Positions 8,399 to 17,968 of a stretch of DNA of 64,000 nucleotides are shown in pieces; the first letter of the stretch is position 1, and each line of letters opens with the position of its first letter. The DNA is from an uncultured Gammaproteobacteria bacterium. Lineage in GTDB: Bacteria; Pseudomonadota; Gammaproteobacteria; Xanthomonadales; SZUA-36. The DNA lies in contig CAWARM010000019.1 in assembly GCA_963784425.1 (NCBI GenBank), forward strand, positions 11,340 through 75,339, written 5' to 3'. A program made the translations under genes and the position numbers. The notes beneath the pieces are model-generated. The model was not told the origin of the DNA. It saw only the letters and a program-made list of their open reading frames with translations, and made no database searches.

Positions 8399-11359
8399 CT
8401 ATAGGCTAAACCGCTCGCTGATCGCGCGAAAGAACGGTTCCGCGTCAAGCTCCCGCCCGGTGGCCCCGGTCAGGATTTCCTCCGCGCTCAATCGACAGCC
8501 GTGCACATGAACATTCTCCCTGAGCCAGGCAGTCAGGGTCTGCAGTTCGCCCCGTTCGAGCGCAGCGTTCAGATCGTGGCGTGCCGTGAAACTCTCCATG
8601 AATTGCGCAGCGTAAAGATTGCCGATGAGATAGGTAGGGAAATAGCCGAACATTCCGAGCGCCCAGTGCACGTCCTGCAGGCAACCTTCACGTGCAGTCT
8701 TTGGTCGAATGCCGAGCAGCCTCTCGGAGAGCTCGTTCCACGCGCCGGGAAGATCGGCAATTGAAAGGTCTCCCGAGAGCAAGGCCAGCTCAAGCTGGTA
8801 GCGCAGCAGGATGTGCAGATTGTAGGTAACCTCGTCAGCCTCGACACGCTTAAAGCCCCTGCGCACCACGTTGATGCTTTTCAGCATCTTCTCGGGGTGC
8901 CAGCCGGCAAATGTTCCGGGGAAGTATTTTTGCACTTTCGGCAAGTACCGGGTCCAGAAGGAAAGGCGCCGGCCGACGTGGTTTTCCCATAGACGTGACT
9001 GCGATTCGTGAATGCCCATGCCGGGTGCCTCTGCCAGCAGAGTGCCATGCAGTTCCTTGCCAAAACCCTGATCGTACAGCCCATGTCCACCTTCGTGCAG
9101 TGTGGCGAAAAAAGCCGGCAGGGGGTTTTGCGGATCAATGCGAATGGTTACGCGCACGTCACTCACGCCAGCCATCAGAGTGAACGGATGGGTGGAGAGA
9201 TCAATGCGGCCGCGCTGGAAGTCGAACCCCATATCGATCAGGAGTTGTCGGCAAAACGCGACCTGTTCGGTCTCTGGATAGCGTACCTGCGGCAAAGGTG
9301 CTGCGTTCCTGGTTGCTTCGCTCAGTTCGGCTACCAGGGGCTGCAGGCGGGCAGAAACCGTGTCGAGCACGGGCTCGAGGCGGTCGCGTGTCATGCCGGG
9401 TTCGAACTCATCGAGCAGCGGGTCGTACAGATTACTGGAGCGGGCGAGCGCCTGTGCACGTTCGCGAACCAATGAGAGTACTTCCTTGAAAGCTGCCGCA
9501 AAACGCGGAAAATCGTCCTCCTTGAAGGCCGTTTCCCAGGCGGCAAGGCAACGCGAGCGCGCCTCCGCATAATGCCGCACGAGTTCGTCCGGCAGCGCGA
9601 GCGCAATGCGCCGCAAGCGGCGCAATCGTTGCAGCTCGGCCTGGGTCAGCGCATCGCCGCTGACATCAAGGGCCACGCGCTCAATGAGATCCCCGAACTC
9701 ATCCGCGCCGAGCAGACGATGCCGCAGGCCCTCGAGGGTAGCGAGTTGAGCTCCGCGCTCAGGCCGTCCACGCTCGGGCAGGCAGGTTTCTTCGTCCCAG
9801 CTGAGCAAAGAGATAGCCCCATCGAGATAGCGCAGATCGTCTGTCGATTTACGCAAACGCGTGACCGCATTGCCATCCGGATTGGCAGCGCGGGTCGGAG
9901 CACGAAGCTCCGGCGGCGGATGCCCGATCAGCAGCGCAACCAGGCCGCCGCGTTGCGCGACGTTCACGACCTGTTTTTGCGAGGCACGGCACAGAGTACC
10001 GATGCCTTGTTCGGTTGCCGCAAAGCCGTACACGGTGAAGAAGGGTTCGTCACTGATCGAGCCATCGGTGCCAACTGTCGGGAACTCGTGCACGGGCAAA
10101 TTGGTAGCTGATTGCACCACCCAGCAGCCATGTGGGTCGTCTGCTGATTTAAGCGCGTCCTCGATGAGTTGGTCCCAGGCGCCTTGCGCAATCGCCGCAC
10201 CGATATGAATGCCGGAGCCGCCATAGCCACGATTCGGTTTCATCACCAGTTGCTCACGGTGCCGGTGTATGAACTCCGGCAGGTCACCATCGCCGTGCGG
10301 CAATGAAGTGCGGCGTCCGGAAACAATGCGCGTCCACAATATGTGGCGACGAAAGAGGCGCAACTCCTCAGCGCTGAAGTGGCGTCCGGCGACAGCCTCG
10401 TCGGTAAAGACCTCAAACCCGCTCTTGTGATCGAAGTCACCACCAAAAGAGGACACCATGCGGTTTTCCTTGAACAGCAAACGCATGGCGTCCAGCCTGC
10501 GCCCTTCCGCGCGCTCCAATGCCAGCAGATCGCGGACCTCGTAGTCGCGGTAGGCGACGTCGATACACAGGTCCTGGAAGTACACCTCGCCGGCATTCAC
10601 TTCAAGCTCGCGCGGGTCGGCGTGCACCATGGTTGCGCCGTGGCGCGTGCGACAGAAATCACGGATGGAGGACTGCTCAGCCGGACCCTCGCCCGCGTAC
10701 TTCGGCTCAATCAGGCACAGATTGCGGCCCTTGCGGCCAATGGCGTGCGCGTGGTCCAGCAGCACCTGCAGGAACAGATCGCGCTGGTCGCGCGGCAGTT
10801 CAATGCGTAAATCCGGGTCGTGGGCGCACAGCGTGGGCACGATATCACGCATTACCAGCGCCTCGACCACGGGCGCGAGGTGCACGCCGCCAACGCCTGA
10901 GAGATTCGGTTCGATAAACCGTAATGAGTCCTGCCAGCGCGCGCCGGTGAAATCGCACACGGCATCCAGGCGCCCATATACAGGATTTAACCGGCTGTGA
11001 ACCGGCCCCCACACCTCGCGTAGCCATTCCTCCTCATCCGCACCGATGGGCAGGCACGCACGCACAGCCGGGTCCGACAGGTAGAGGTCGGGCAAACGCC
11101 GCAGCGCATCGGTGATGCGACTGCACACATGATGCAGGTATGCAACCTGCTCCGGCATCACCAGCAACGGTCGCAACATCACGCGCACCGCCTCGGTAAC
11201 GCCATCGCGTTCGTAGATGACGTCATTGGCCCAGCTGTCGGCGAGCAAGGTCTGTTCCAGCCGGGCAAATGCGTCGGCGGAGATATGGGAGGCCGCGCGA
11301 CGAACGCGGGAGTCAAGCGTCCTGGCGCTTAAGCCCAGTTCTTCGGTCGGGGAGAGCAT
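8399..11359 (-). CDS. Fusion protein: circularly permuted ATP-grasp-type ligase domain (N-terminal) plus M32 (Taq-type) metallocarboxypeptidase domain (C-terminal)
   Basis: 986-aa ORF. The N-terminal ~485 aa carry YGRLDAV..FIEPNLSGVGG, LVMKPNRGYGGSGIHIG and QKQVVNVAQRGG. The C-terminal ~500 aa carry LLSWDEET, HEGGHGLY (HExxH), HESQSRLWEN, VEADEVTYNLH, DVHW and YFPTYLIGNLYAAQ. Confidence 0.85.
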   Translation of the reverse strand: MLSPTEELGLSARTLDSRVRRAASHISADAFARLEQTLLADSWANDVIYERDGVTEAVRVMLRPLLVMPEQVAYLHHVCSRITDALRRLPDLYLSDPAVRACLPIGADEEEWLREVWGPVHSRLNPVYGRLDAVCDFTGARWQDSLRFIEPNLSGVGGVHLAPVVEALVMRDIVPTLCAHDPDLRIELPRDQRDLFLQVLLDHAHAIGRKGRNLCLIEPKYAGEGPAEQSSIRDFCRTRHGATMVHADPRELEVNAGEVYFQDLCIDVAYRDYEVRDLLALERAEGRRLDAMRLLFKENRMVSSFGGDFDHKSGFEVFTDEAVAGRHFSAEELRLFRRHILWTRIVSGRRTSLPHGDGDLPEFIHRHREQLVMKPNRGYGGSGIHIGAAIAQGAWDQLIEDALKSADDPHGCWVVQSATNLPVHEFPTVGTDGSISDEPFFTVYGFAATEQGIGTLCRASQKQVVNVAQRGGLVALLIGHPPPELRAPTRAANPDGNAVTRLRKSTDDLRYLDGAISLLSWDEETCLPERGRPERGAQLATLEGLRHRLLGADEFGDLIERVALDVSGDALTQAELQRLRRLRRIALALPDELVRHYAEARSRCLAAWETAFKEDDFPRFAAAFKEVLSLVRERAQALARSSNLYDPLLDEFEPGMTRDRLEPVLDTVSARLQPLVAELSEATRNAAPLPQVRYPETEQVAFCRQLLIDMGFDFQRGRIDLSTHPFTLMAGVSDVRVTIRIDPQNPLPAFFATLHEGGHGLYDQGFGKELHGTLLAEAPGMGIHESQSRLWENHVGRRLSFWTRYLPKVQKYFPGTFAGWHPEKMLKSINVVRRGFKRVEADEVTYNLHILLRYQLELALLSGDLSIADLPGAWNELSERLLGIRPKTAREGCLQDVHWALGMFGYFPTYLIGNLYAAQFMESFTARHDLNAALERGELQTLTAWLRENVHVHGCRLSAEEILTGATGRELDAEPFFRAISERFSL

Positions 11360-11511
11360 AAACCGGAAAGATTCCTGCTTACCGGACTTTCAGACCGGCA
11401 GCGCGGCGACAGGCGCGTGTTTTTCTCATGACAATGAACCGTGTGACAGGCATTGACTGCTATTCTCCCATGAAAGCGGCCGGCGGAGGCACTCATTTGG
11501 CAGGGTCTTGT

Positions 11512-11668
11512 GGCCTGTAACAGCCAAAGCGGTAGTGACCTGGGTGATGGATCGCGCGCCGAGGCAAGGCGCGAGGAGGAGGCATAGTCACCACTATGGC
11601 GACGACGAGCAACGCCGCATCGGTGCGCGAGGCGCGCCCAGGCGCTATCGATTTGGCTGTTACAGGCC
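11512..11668. repeat. 17-bp perfect inverted repeat flanking a 123-nt GC-rich segment
   Basis: GGCCTGTAACAGCCAAA (11512-11528) is the reverse complement of TTTGGCTGTTACAGGCC (11652-11668). The right arm ends 2 nt from the acyltransferase stop codon. The interior holds further short stems such as CGCGCC-N7-GGCGCG. Confidence 0.8.
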
Positions 11669-11669
11669 A

Positions 11670-12545
11670 CTACGGATACATCGGCGGCACACCCTCCGGG
11701 CGGGCACGGAAGCGCTTGTAACTCCACAAATACTGGGCCGGATCAATGGCAATGCACTGCTCGACACCGCGGTTGACTTCAGCGAGGGCAATGTCCATGT
11801 CGTCAGAATGGATGCCGGCGCCGGCCGGAAAAACGTGCATGCGATAGCGTCCGCCTTCGAGCCGCTCACACACCGCGAAAAAAACCTCGCACCCGGTTTT
11901 GTGGATCAGCCTCGGCGCCATGACTCCTGTCAGTGCCGGGACACCAAAGAACGGCGCGAACCGCCCCTGCCCGGAACCGGGCTGCTGATCCGGCAAGATG
12001 CCTGCGCCCTTACCTGCCAGCACATGGGCATACAGTTTACGCAAACCACTCGCAGTGGCTGGCAGCATATTGGCTCCACCGCGGCGGCGCTGCTGCAACA
12101 GCGCTTTTTCCAGCCCGGGATGCGCGGGGGGTTTATACAGGATGACAATGTCCGGAAATTTCTGCAGGAACATTCCCAGGTATTCCCAGGCGCCAAAATG
12201 CGGCGCGAGCACCACCACGCCCTTGCCATGGGTCAGTGACTCCTCGAACAGTTTTACCCCCACAGCGCCGTCGCACATGGCTTGTAGCCGATCCAGCGGC
12301 CAATACCAGTTGCGCCCGGTTTCAAAGATAGAACACACGTAATGCACAAAACTTTGCCGCACCAGTGCGTCGATTTTGGCATCGTCAAGCCTGGGATAGC
12401 AGGCCCTGAGGTTGATCGCGGCCACGCTCCGCTTCCCAGGAGAAAGCCGCATCCATAAACCGGCGAGGCGCCGCGCCAGGCGGTACGGCGCGGGACCAGG
12501 CAACAAGGCGAGCAGCCATAAAACGCCCCGTGCCAGCCAGATCAT
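11670..12545 (-). CDS. Lipid A late acyltransferase family protein (LpxL/LpxM/HtrB-like lysophospholipid acyltransferase)
   Basis: 291-aa ORF with an N-terminal hydrophobic anchor and an acyltransferase HX4E motif (APHFGAWE). Overall colinearity with the HtrB/MsbB family (ILPDQ, AIDPAQYLWSYKRF). Confidence 0.8.
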   Translation of the reverse strand: MIWLARGVLWLLALLPGPAPYRLARRLAGLWMRLSPGKRSVAAINLRACYPRLDDAKIDALVRQSFVHYVCSIFETGRNWYWPLDRLQAMCDGAVGVKLFEESLTHGKGVVVLAPHFGAWEYLGMFLQKFPDIVILYKPPAHPGLEKALLQQRRRGGANMLPATASGLRKLYAHVLAGKGAGILPDQQPGSGQGRFAPFFGVPALTGVMAPRLIHKTGCEVFFAVCERLEGGRYRMHVFPAGAGIHSDDMDIALAEVNRGVEQCIAIDPAQYLWSYKRFRARPEGVPPMYP

Positions 12546-12883
12546 CGGCTGCCCACCCTGTATGACCGAGAATATTGGGGCTTGGCGGTGCGTGCTCGCG
12601 CCACGAAGCGATGGATTTCAAGGAAGGACACCAGCATCTCCGCAGGGTAACTGAAGTGAGTGAATATGTCTGCTGGCTGTAACCGATATGCCGTGCTGCA
12701 GAAAGCAATCCAACGTCGCAACCTGAGCTGTTGTAGCTGTTTGTTTGCACCTGATTATGCTGCAGCGCTTGCTTGACGCAGTGCACACCGGGCGCGAGGA
12801 TATGCCCTTGCAGCCCTGCTCCTGCTTGTAGCGCTGCCCGGCGCGGCCTGGCAATACCCTACCCACTCATTCGGGAGAAACCT

Positions 12884-13342
12884 ATGGCAAGTGATATCGA
12901 AAGTTTGAAAGCAAATCTCAGGCATTGGACTTTGTTGCTGGGGGTCCTGCAAATTACGGTCGGCTGCATGGTCGGGTTCATCCCGCCTCCAGCCGTGCAG
13001 TGGTTTCGCGGCATTGTGATGGCTCACATTGAGTTCACAGCAAATGGTGTCCTCATGGTTGTGCTTGGCCTGTTGGTCAGCCAGCTCTGTTTAGGTCCGG
13101 CGGCATTCAAGACATGGTTTGCAACGCTGCAAATTGGCTCCTGGACAAACGGGGCAGCGGGGCTGGCGGCCGCTTTTACCGGGTCTTCGTCGCAACTCAT
13201 GTCGACGCTGAATGAAAAATTTCCGCCGCCACATGGTGTTGACAGCCAGGTGGTCACCGGCCTGTTGCAAACGTGCGGTGTCACCATCCTGATTGCACTT
13301 CTGCTCACACTCTATGGGCTGTTGCGTTCCAGGCCCAGATGA
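12884..13342 (+). CDS. Hypothetical 4-TM membrane protein
   Basis: ORF 12773-13342 trimmed to ATG 12884, which sits behind GGGAGA. Four hydrophobic segments. The stop overlaps the next start (ATGA). Confidence 0.6.
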   Translation: MASDIESLKANLRHWTLLLGVLQITVGCMVGFIPPPAVQWFRGIVMAHIEFTANGVLMVVLGLLVSQLCLGPAAFKTWFATLQIGSWTNGAAGLAAAFTGSSSQLMSTLNEKFPPPHGVDSQVVTGLLQTCGVTILIALLLTLYGLLRSRPR

Positions 13343-14211
13343 AAGTCCTCATCACCGGAGCTTCAGGCAGGGTTGGGCGAGCTATCTACATCCGGCTTTG
13401 CTCCGGGCATGAAGTACTCGGCTATGACCAGGCTCCATCGTCAACAGCGGATGTAGTCGCGCCACTTGAGGACACCGACCGGCTGCGCGGCGCACTTGAG
13501 GGCATCGACGCGGTGGTGCATACGGCCGCGCTGCATGCACCGCACGTAGGCTTTCGCAGCGAGGCTGAATTTGAACGGGTGAATGTGCACTGCACCGCTG
13601 AACTGCTGCGCCTTTCGCTGGAAGCGGGCATTCGGCGTTTCGTCTTTACCAGTACCACTGCGCTGTATGGCGCTGCTGCCACGCCACCCGGGCAGGCAGG
13701 CTGGACTACGGAAGACACGGTGCCCCAGCCACGAACGATTTACCACCGCACCAAATTGCAAGCCGAGAGTTTGCTTGAGGCTGCAGCAGGCAGGGGCGAG
13801 CTCAAGGTCACGGTGCTGCGCATGTCGCGCTGCTTCCCCGAGCTTGCGCCCCTTATGGCCACCTACCGATTGCATCGCGGAGTAGACGCACGCGACGTAG
13901 CCGATGCCCATGCTGCCGCGCTGGAAAGCGGTGGTGGCGGATTTCGCAAGTTCATCATTTCCGGGGCAACGCCATTTGTACCCGGGGACTGCAAGGACCT
14001 GTTTGAATCCGCCCCCGGTGTCTTGCGCCGCCGCGCCCCCGGCCTCGTGGCGGAATTTGAGCGACGAAGCTGGGCACTGCCCGACCGCATTGACCGGGTC
14101 TATTCGTCACTCAGAGCCATCAGTGAGCTTGGCTGGAACCCGCAGTTCGGTTATGCCGAGGTGCTGGCAGAACTCGACCGGCGCTCCTCCGAGGTTTTGC
14201 CTTTTAGATAA
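13339..14211 (+). CDS. NAD-dependent epimerase/dehydratase (extended SDR) family protein
   Basis: Start at ATG 13339 gives MKVLITGASGRVGRAI (Rossmann GxxGxxG). A YHRTK catalytic Y-x3-K is present. ATGA overlap with the upstream gene. Confidence 0.8.
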   Translation: MKVLITGASGRVGRAIYIRLCSGHEVLGYDQAPSSTADVVAPLEDTDRLRGALEGIDAVVHTAALHAPHVGFRSEAEFERVNVHCTAELLRLSLEAGIRRFVFTSTTALYGAAATPPGQAGWTTEDTVPQPRTIYHRTKLQAESLLEAAAGRGELKVTVLRMSRCFPELAPLMATYRLHRGVDARDVADAHAAALESGGGGFRKFIISGATPFVPGDCKDLFESAPGVLRRRAPGLVAEFERRSWALPDRIDRVYSSLRAISELGWNPQFGYAEVLAELDRRSSEVLPFR

Positions 14212-14293
14212 CGAGGCTGCAAGAAGCGGTGACTTTAGCGCAGACGCGCGAGTAGAATCGCCTCTCCGTGCGGTTGTCTTAAGGAGGCTGGTC

Positions 14294-14758
14294 GTGCACC
14301 GTATTTGTCCACTGATGCTGCTGCTATGCGGCTTCTCGGCTGCAGCTTTTGCCCAAAGCACTGCGCTGCAAAACGATTCCCCTTGGCCCATCTTGCCCGA
14401 AAGCCTTAACTGGGTCGGAGTACCCAATGCTCCGGCTTTGCAGACGGCGTGGGTGCTGGGGTCCGAGCAGGCCATGGGTGCCTATGTGCTGCGCGTCAGG
14501 ATTGCCGCCAACGGGCGCATTCCTCCGCACGCCCATCCCGACGCACGCAACAGCACCGTGCTCGCCGGAACTCTGTACGTGGGTTTTGGCGAAATCTTTG
14601 ACGAGAGCAAGGTGGTCGCCGTGCCAGTCGGCGCAGTATATGTGGCTCCGGCAAATGTTCCGCACTACATTTGGGCGAAAGACGGAAACGTTGAGTATCA
14701 GGAAACGGGTGTCGGCCCCACCGGCACTGTGATGGCGCCAAACAATAATGCTCCATAG
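14294..14758 (+). CDS. Secreted cupin-domain protein
   Basis: In-frame GTG 14294 is preceded by AAGGAGG. A signal peptide (LMLLLCGFSAAAFA) is followed by cupin motifs (GRIPPHAHPDARNSTVLAGTLYVGFG, VYVAPANVPHYIW). Confidence 0.65.
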   Translation: MHRICPLMLLLCGFSAAAFAQSTALQNDSPWPILPESLNWVGVPNAPALQTAWVLGSEQAMGAYVLRVRIAANGRIPPHAHPDARNSTVLAGTLYVGFGEIFDESKVVAVPVGAVYVAPANVPHYIWAKDGNVEYQETGVGPTGTVMAPNNNAP

Positions 14759-14769
14759 ACTGGAAGTAT

Positions 14770-15063
14770 TTGTCCGTGGATAGTTTTCGCTGGATAGCGG
14801 TTGCCTTGTCCATGACCCTGGGCCTTGGGATTACGCGACTGCTTGCATCCTTTGTCGCGGTATTCCGTTCAAGGAGACATTCCAGGCTGGACTGGGATAT
14901 AACCCCCGGAACTCACGGCACATCTACTCTGTTGCCGCTGATTCTTCTTCCCCTGATATTTTTGTTGTGTCGCTCGCGTCGTGCCCAGGTAGTTGTAACC
15001 ATTGCCTACCTCGTGTTGGGATTGTGGTCGTCATGGTCGATGTCACCGGCGTATTACACATAG
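14770..15063 (+). CDS. Possible small membrane protein (uncertain)
   Basis: 97-aa ORF with a TTG start and hydrophobic segments. No recognisable family and no clear RBS. Confidence 0.3.
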   Translation: MSVDSFRWIAVALSMTLGLGITRLLASFVAVFRSRRHSRLDWDITPGTHGTSTLLPLILLPLIFLLCRSRRAQVVVTIAYLVLGLWSSWSMSPAYYT

Positions 15064-15078
15064 GCGTCTGCGGAGAAC

Positions 15079-16311
15079 ATGAGCGTTAGTTTTCCGAAAC
15101 AACTTGTTCGCCTGGCATCGCATATTGGTGCCAATGCAAATGACAGCAGCGATATTGTCCTGAAAAAAACGTTGCTGGTGCTCTCGTCTTCAATGATGGC
15201 TTCACTGGCCATTGTATGGGGGCTTAGCTATCTGGCTTTTGGGGAATACCTGGCTGGCGCCATTCCTCTCGCCTATTCCGCTCTGTCATTCATCAGTATT
15301 GGGCTATTTTCCCTGACCGGCCGCTACAAATTGTTTCGCTTTAGTCAACTGCTACTACCGCTACTGCTACCCTTTTTCCTGATGCTCGCATTGGGCGGGT
15401 TTGTTAATTCCAGCGCAGTAGTCTTGTGGTCACTAAGCAGCCCCCTGGGCGCTTTGGTTTTTGCTGGACGCAGCCAGGCCAAAGCGTGGTTCCTGACTTT
15501 CCTTGCCTTGGTGGTTCTTGGGGCAATTGTTGAGCCCCTGGTCCAGAGGGCAAGCGACCTGCCGGCGATAATGAGGACCATTTTCTTCGCAATGAACATC
15601 GGCTGTACATCGACGGTAGTTTTTGTCTTGCTGCAATACTTTGTAAGCCAAAAAGACACAACGCTCAAAATGCTTGACGATGAGCGAGCAAAATCTGAGC
15701 ACCTGCTGCTAAATATTCTGCCCAAACCAATTGCCGAAATTTTAAAGAATGAGAGTCGCACGATTGCAGACCAGTTTGACCAGGTGAGCGTTCTTTTTGC
15801 CGATATCGTTGACTTCACGCCGATGTCTGCGCTCGTTACTCCCGTGGAACTTGTGGAACTACTCAATGAAGTGTTTTCATATTTTGACACGCTGGTCGAA
15901 AAATACCGGCTTGAGAAAATCAAGACCATCGGCGATTGTTATATGGCCGCCGCCGGCCTGCCCCAACAGCGCCCGGACCACGCCCACGTGCTGATCCGGA
16001 TGGCAATCGATGTACGTGAGCATTTCGCCGAACATCCATGTCGGGGCAGGCTGTTGAGTTTTCGCATCGGAATCAATTCCGGCGCAGTCGTAGCCGGGGT
16101 CATAGGGCATACGAAATTTGCCTACGACCTGTGGGGTGATGTGGTCAATACAGCTAGCCGAATGGAATCGCATGGCGTGGGAGGGGAAATCCAGATCACA
16201 CGGGCAACATACGAATTGATAAAAACCGACTTTGTTTGTGTGCCACGTGGCGTGGTAAACGTAAAGGGCAAAGGAGAAATGGAAGTTTGGCTAGTGAAAA
16301 CACCTTTGTGA
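15079..16311 (+). CDS. Membrane-anchored class III adenylate/guanylate cyclase
   Basis: N-terminal multi-TM region plus a cyclase homology domain (VSVLFADIVDFT, KTIGDCYMAAAGLP, GINSGAVVAGVIG, YDLWGDVVNTASRMES). Confidence 0.85.
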   Translation: MSVSFPKQLVRLASHIGANANDSSDIVLKKTLLVLSSSMMASLAIVWGLSYLAFGEYLAGAIPLAYSALSFISIGLFSLTGRYKLFRFSQLLLPLLLPFFLMLALGGFVNSSAVVLWSLSSPLGALVFAGRSQAKAWFLTFLALVVLGAIVEPLVQRASDLPAIMRTIFFAMNIGCTSTVVFVLLQYFVSQKDTTLKMLDDERAKSEHLLLNILPKPIAEILKNESRTIADQFDQVSVLFADIVDFTPMSALVTPVELVELLNEVFSYFDTLVEKYRLEKIKTIGDCYMAAAGLPQQRPDHAHVLIRMAIDVREHFAEHPCRGRLLSFRIGINSGAVVAGVIGHTKFAYDLWGDVVNTASRMESHGVGGEIQITRATYELIKTDFVCVPRGVVNVKGKGEMEVWLVKTPL

Positions 16312-16473
16312 AACGAGACCCGGCCATGCGGCCAACACCATGTTCGTTAGCTCAAGGCCAGCCTGGAACTGTACTTGACTCGCGGAATGCGGTGGCGGAT
16401 TCTGAGGCGCAACACCACGGAACGGGGGTCTGAGTTTTGTTGGTCATCAAAGGGCAACGTGAGCTAAGATCAC

Positions 16474-17223
16474 ATGATGCACTCCTCTATTGAGCGGTCC
16501 CCGCAGATCTACGCACGTCTTGGCGGCTTGCTGTATCTCGCCATCATCCTCCTCGGCCTGTTCGGAGAGATGTTCGTAAGAGCAGCACTCGTCGCTTCCG
16601 GCGATCCGGCGGCAACGGCCAATAACATTTTGGCTTCCGACCTTCTTTGGCGTGCAGGCATCGTCGGCGACCTCCTCATGCAGGTGTGTGATGTGCCAGT
16701 GATTGTCGTCCTCTACTTGTTGCTCAGACCCGTGAGCGAGAGTCTCTCGTTGCTGGCAACTTTGATCAATCTGGTGCAGACCGCTGTACTGGTCAGCAAC
16801 AAGCTCAACCTGCTTTTTCCCCTTTTCCTGCAGGCAGACGCCGGCTACCTGGGCGCTTTCTCACCAGAGCAGCTCCAGGTGCTGTCTTATCTCGCAATCA
16901 AGGCGCATGGCTTTGGCTTTGGCATCGGGCTCATCTTTTTTGGCTTCGCATGCCTGGTTCGCGGCTACCTGATTTTCAGATCCGGTTACTTGCCAAAAAC
17001 CCTCGGTGTTCTGATCCTGATTGCGGGGCTGTGCTATCTGACCAACAGCTTCGCCCTGCTCCTGGCGCCTGCATTCGCGGCATCGATTGTTCCCGGTATC
17101 CTGGCGCCTGCCTTCATCGGGGAGCTGGCTCTGTGCTTGTGGCTGATCTTCAAAGGCGTGAACACAGAACAATGGAAGCAGCAGGTCGCGCTAAGCCATG
17201 CACGCCCGGCATCTGGCCAGTGA
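16474..17223 (+). CDS. DUF4386 family membrane protein
   Basis: 249 aa. RLGGLLYLAIILLGLFGEMFVR..DPAATANNI..LWRAGIVGDLLM is typical of DUF4386. Confidence 0.8.
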   Translation: MMHSSIERSPQIYARLGGLLYLAIILLGLFGEMFVRAALVASGDPAATANNILASDLLWRAGIVGDLLMQVCDVPVIVVLYLLLRPVSESLSLLATLINLVQTAVLVSNKLNLLFPLFLQADAGYLGAFSPEQLQVLSYLAIKAHGFGFGIGLIFFGFACLVRGYLIFRSGYLPKTLGVLILIAGLCYLTNSFALLLAPAFAASIVPGILAPAFIGELALCLWLIFKGVNTEQWKQQVALSHARPASGQ

Positions 17224-17280
17224 CGCCCTGGCCTTCAATCAAGAGCACACCGCCCGACTCACAATCCATGGAGTAATCGC

Positions 17281-17652
17281 ATGCTTCAGCTCAAACCACT
17301 GGACCAGAAGGTTCCGATTTTTCAGCAGATCAATACCGAACTTTCACCGGTTGTGCTGGTGAATGTCTTCGAGGTGGCGGAACAAGACATTCCGGCGCTG
17401 CTGGAAGCCTGGGAAACAGATGCCAACTGGATGAAGCAGCAGCCGGGCTACATCTCAACCCAGTTGCACCAGGGCATTGCCGGGAGCACGGTATTCATGA
17501 ACTACGCATTGTGGGAGTCAGTGGCCCATTTTCGGGCAGCGTTTACCCATCCTGATTTCCAGCAGGCTCTCGGACACTATCCGTCCAGCGCCGTGGCCTC
17601 ACCACATCTCTTCACGCGGCTAAGCGTGCCCAATTTATGTGTCGGTCCTTAG
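17281..17652 (+). CDS. Antibiotic biosynthesis monooxygenase (ABM) family protein
   Basis: 123 aa with a ferredoxin-like ABM pattern (VNVFEV..PGYISTQLHQ..FMNYALWESVAHFRAAF). Confidence 0.8.
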   Translation: MLQLKPLDQKVPIFQQINTELSPVVLVNVFEVAEQDIPALLEAWETDANWMKQQPGYISTQLHQGIAGSTVFMNYALWESVAHFRAAFTHPDFQQALGHYPSSAVASPHLFTRLSVPNLCVGP

Positions 17653-17968
17653 CTCAGCGATCTCAGCTTGTGCGTTAGGTAGCAGTCACAGCGCAAATGA
17701 CCCAGGCACTTCCTCCCGGCCAACGAGAAAGGCCGTCGTTTCCGCGATTCAGTCTCGCTCAATTCGCCGGCCGCTTTCCAGGGAACACGTCGCGAATTGA
17801 GCTGGATATACTGGGTTTGCCAGGGCCATGGCGGAAAATGAGGCTGCTGAAAAATCCTGAGAATCGTGTTTGCCATAGCGCCAGCAACGATGTAGCTTAA
17901 TGCCTTGTCCCTAAAGTGCCAAATCCGCGCCGAACTCAGGCGCGCCCAATGCCCAAGGAGCAAGGCCA

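Noticed and set aside
9398-9409. GGGTTCGAACTC resembling a tRNA T-loop
   Set aside because: The flanking bases cannot form a T-stem or acceptor stem, and it lies inside the well-supported fusion-protein CDS.
17653-17968. 316-bp gap with ORFs 17649-17969 (-) and 17697-17900 (+)
   Set aside because: Neither has an RBS, a recognisable family or a convincing composition. I could not support a gene or an RNA here, so it is left unannotated.
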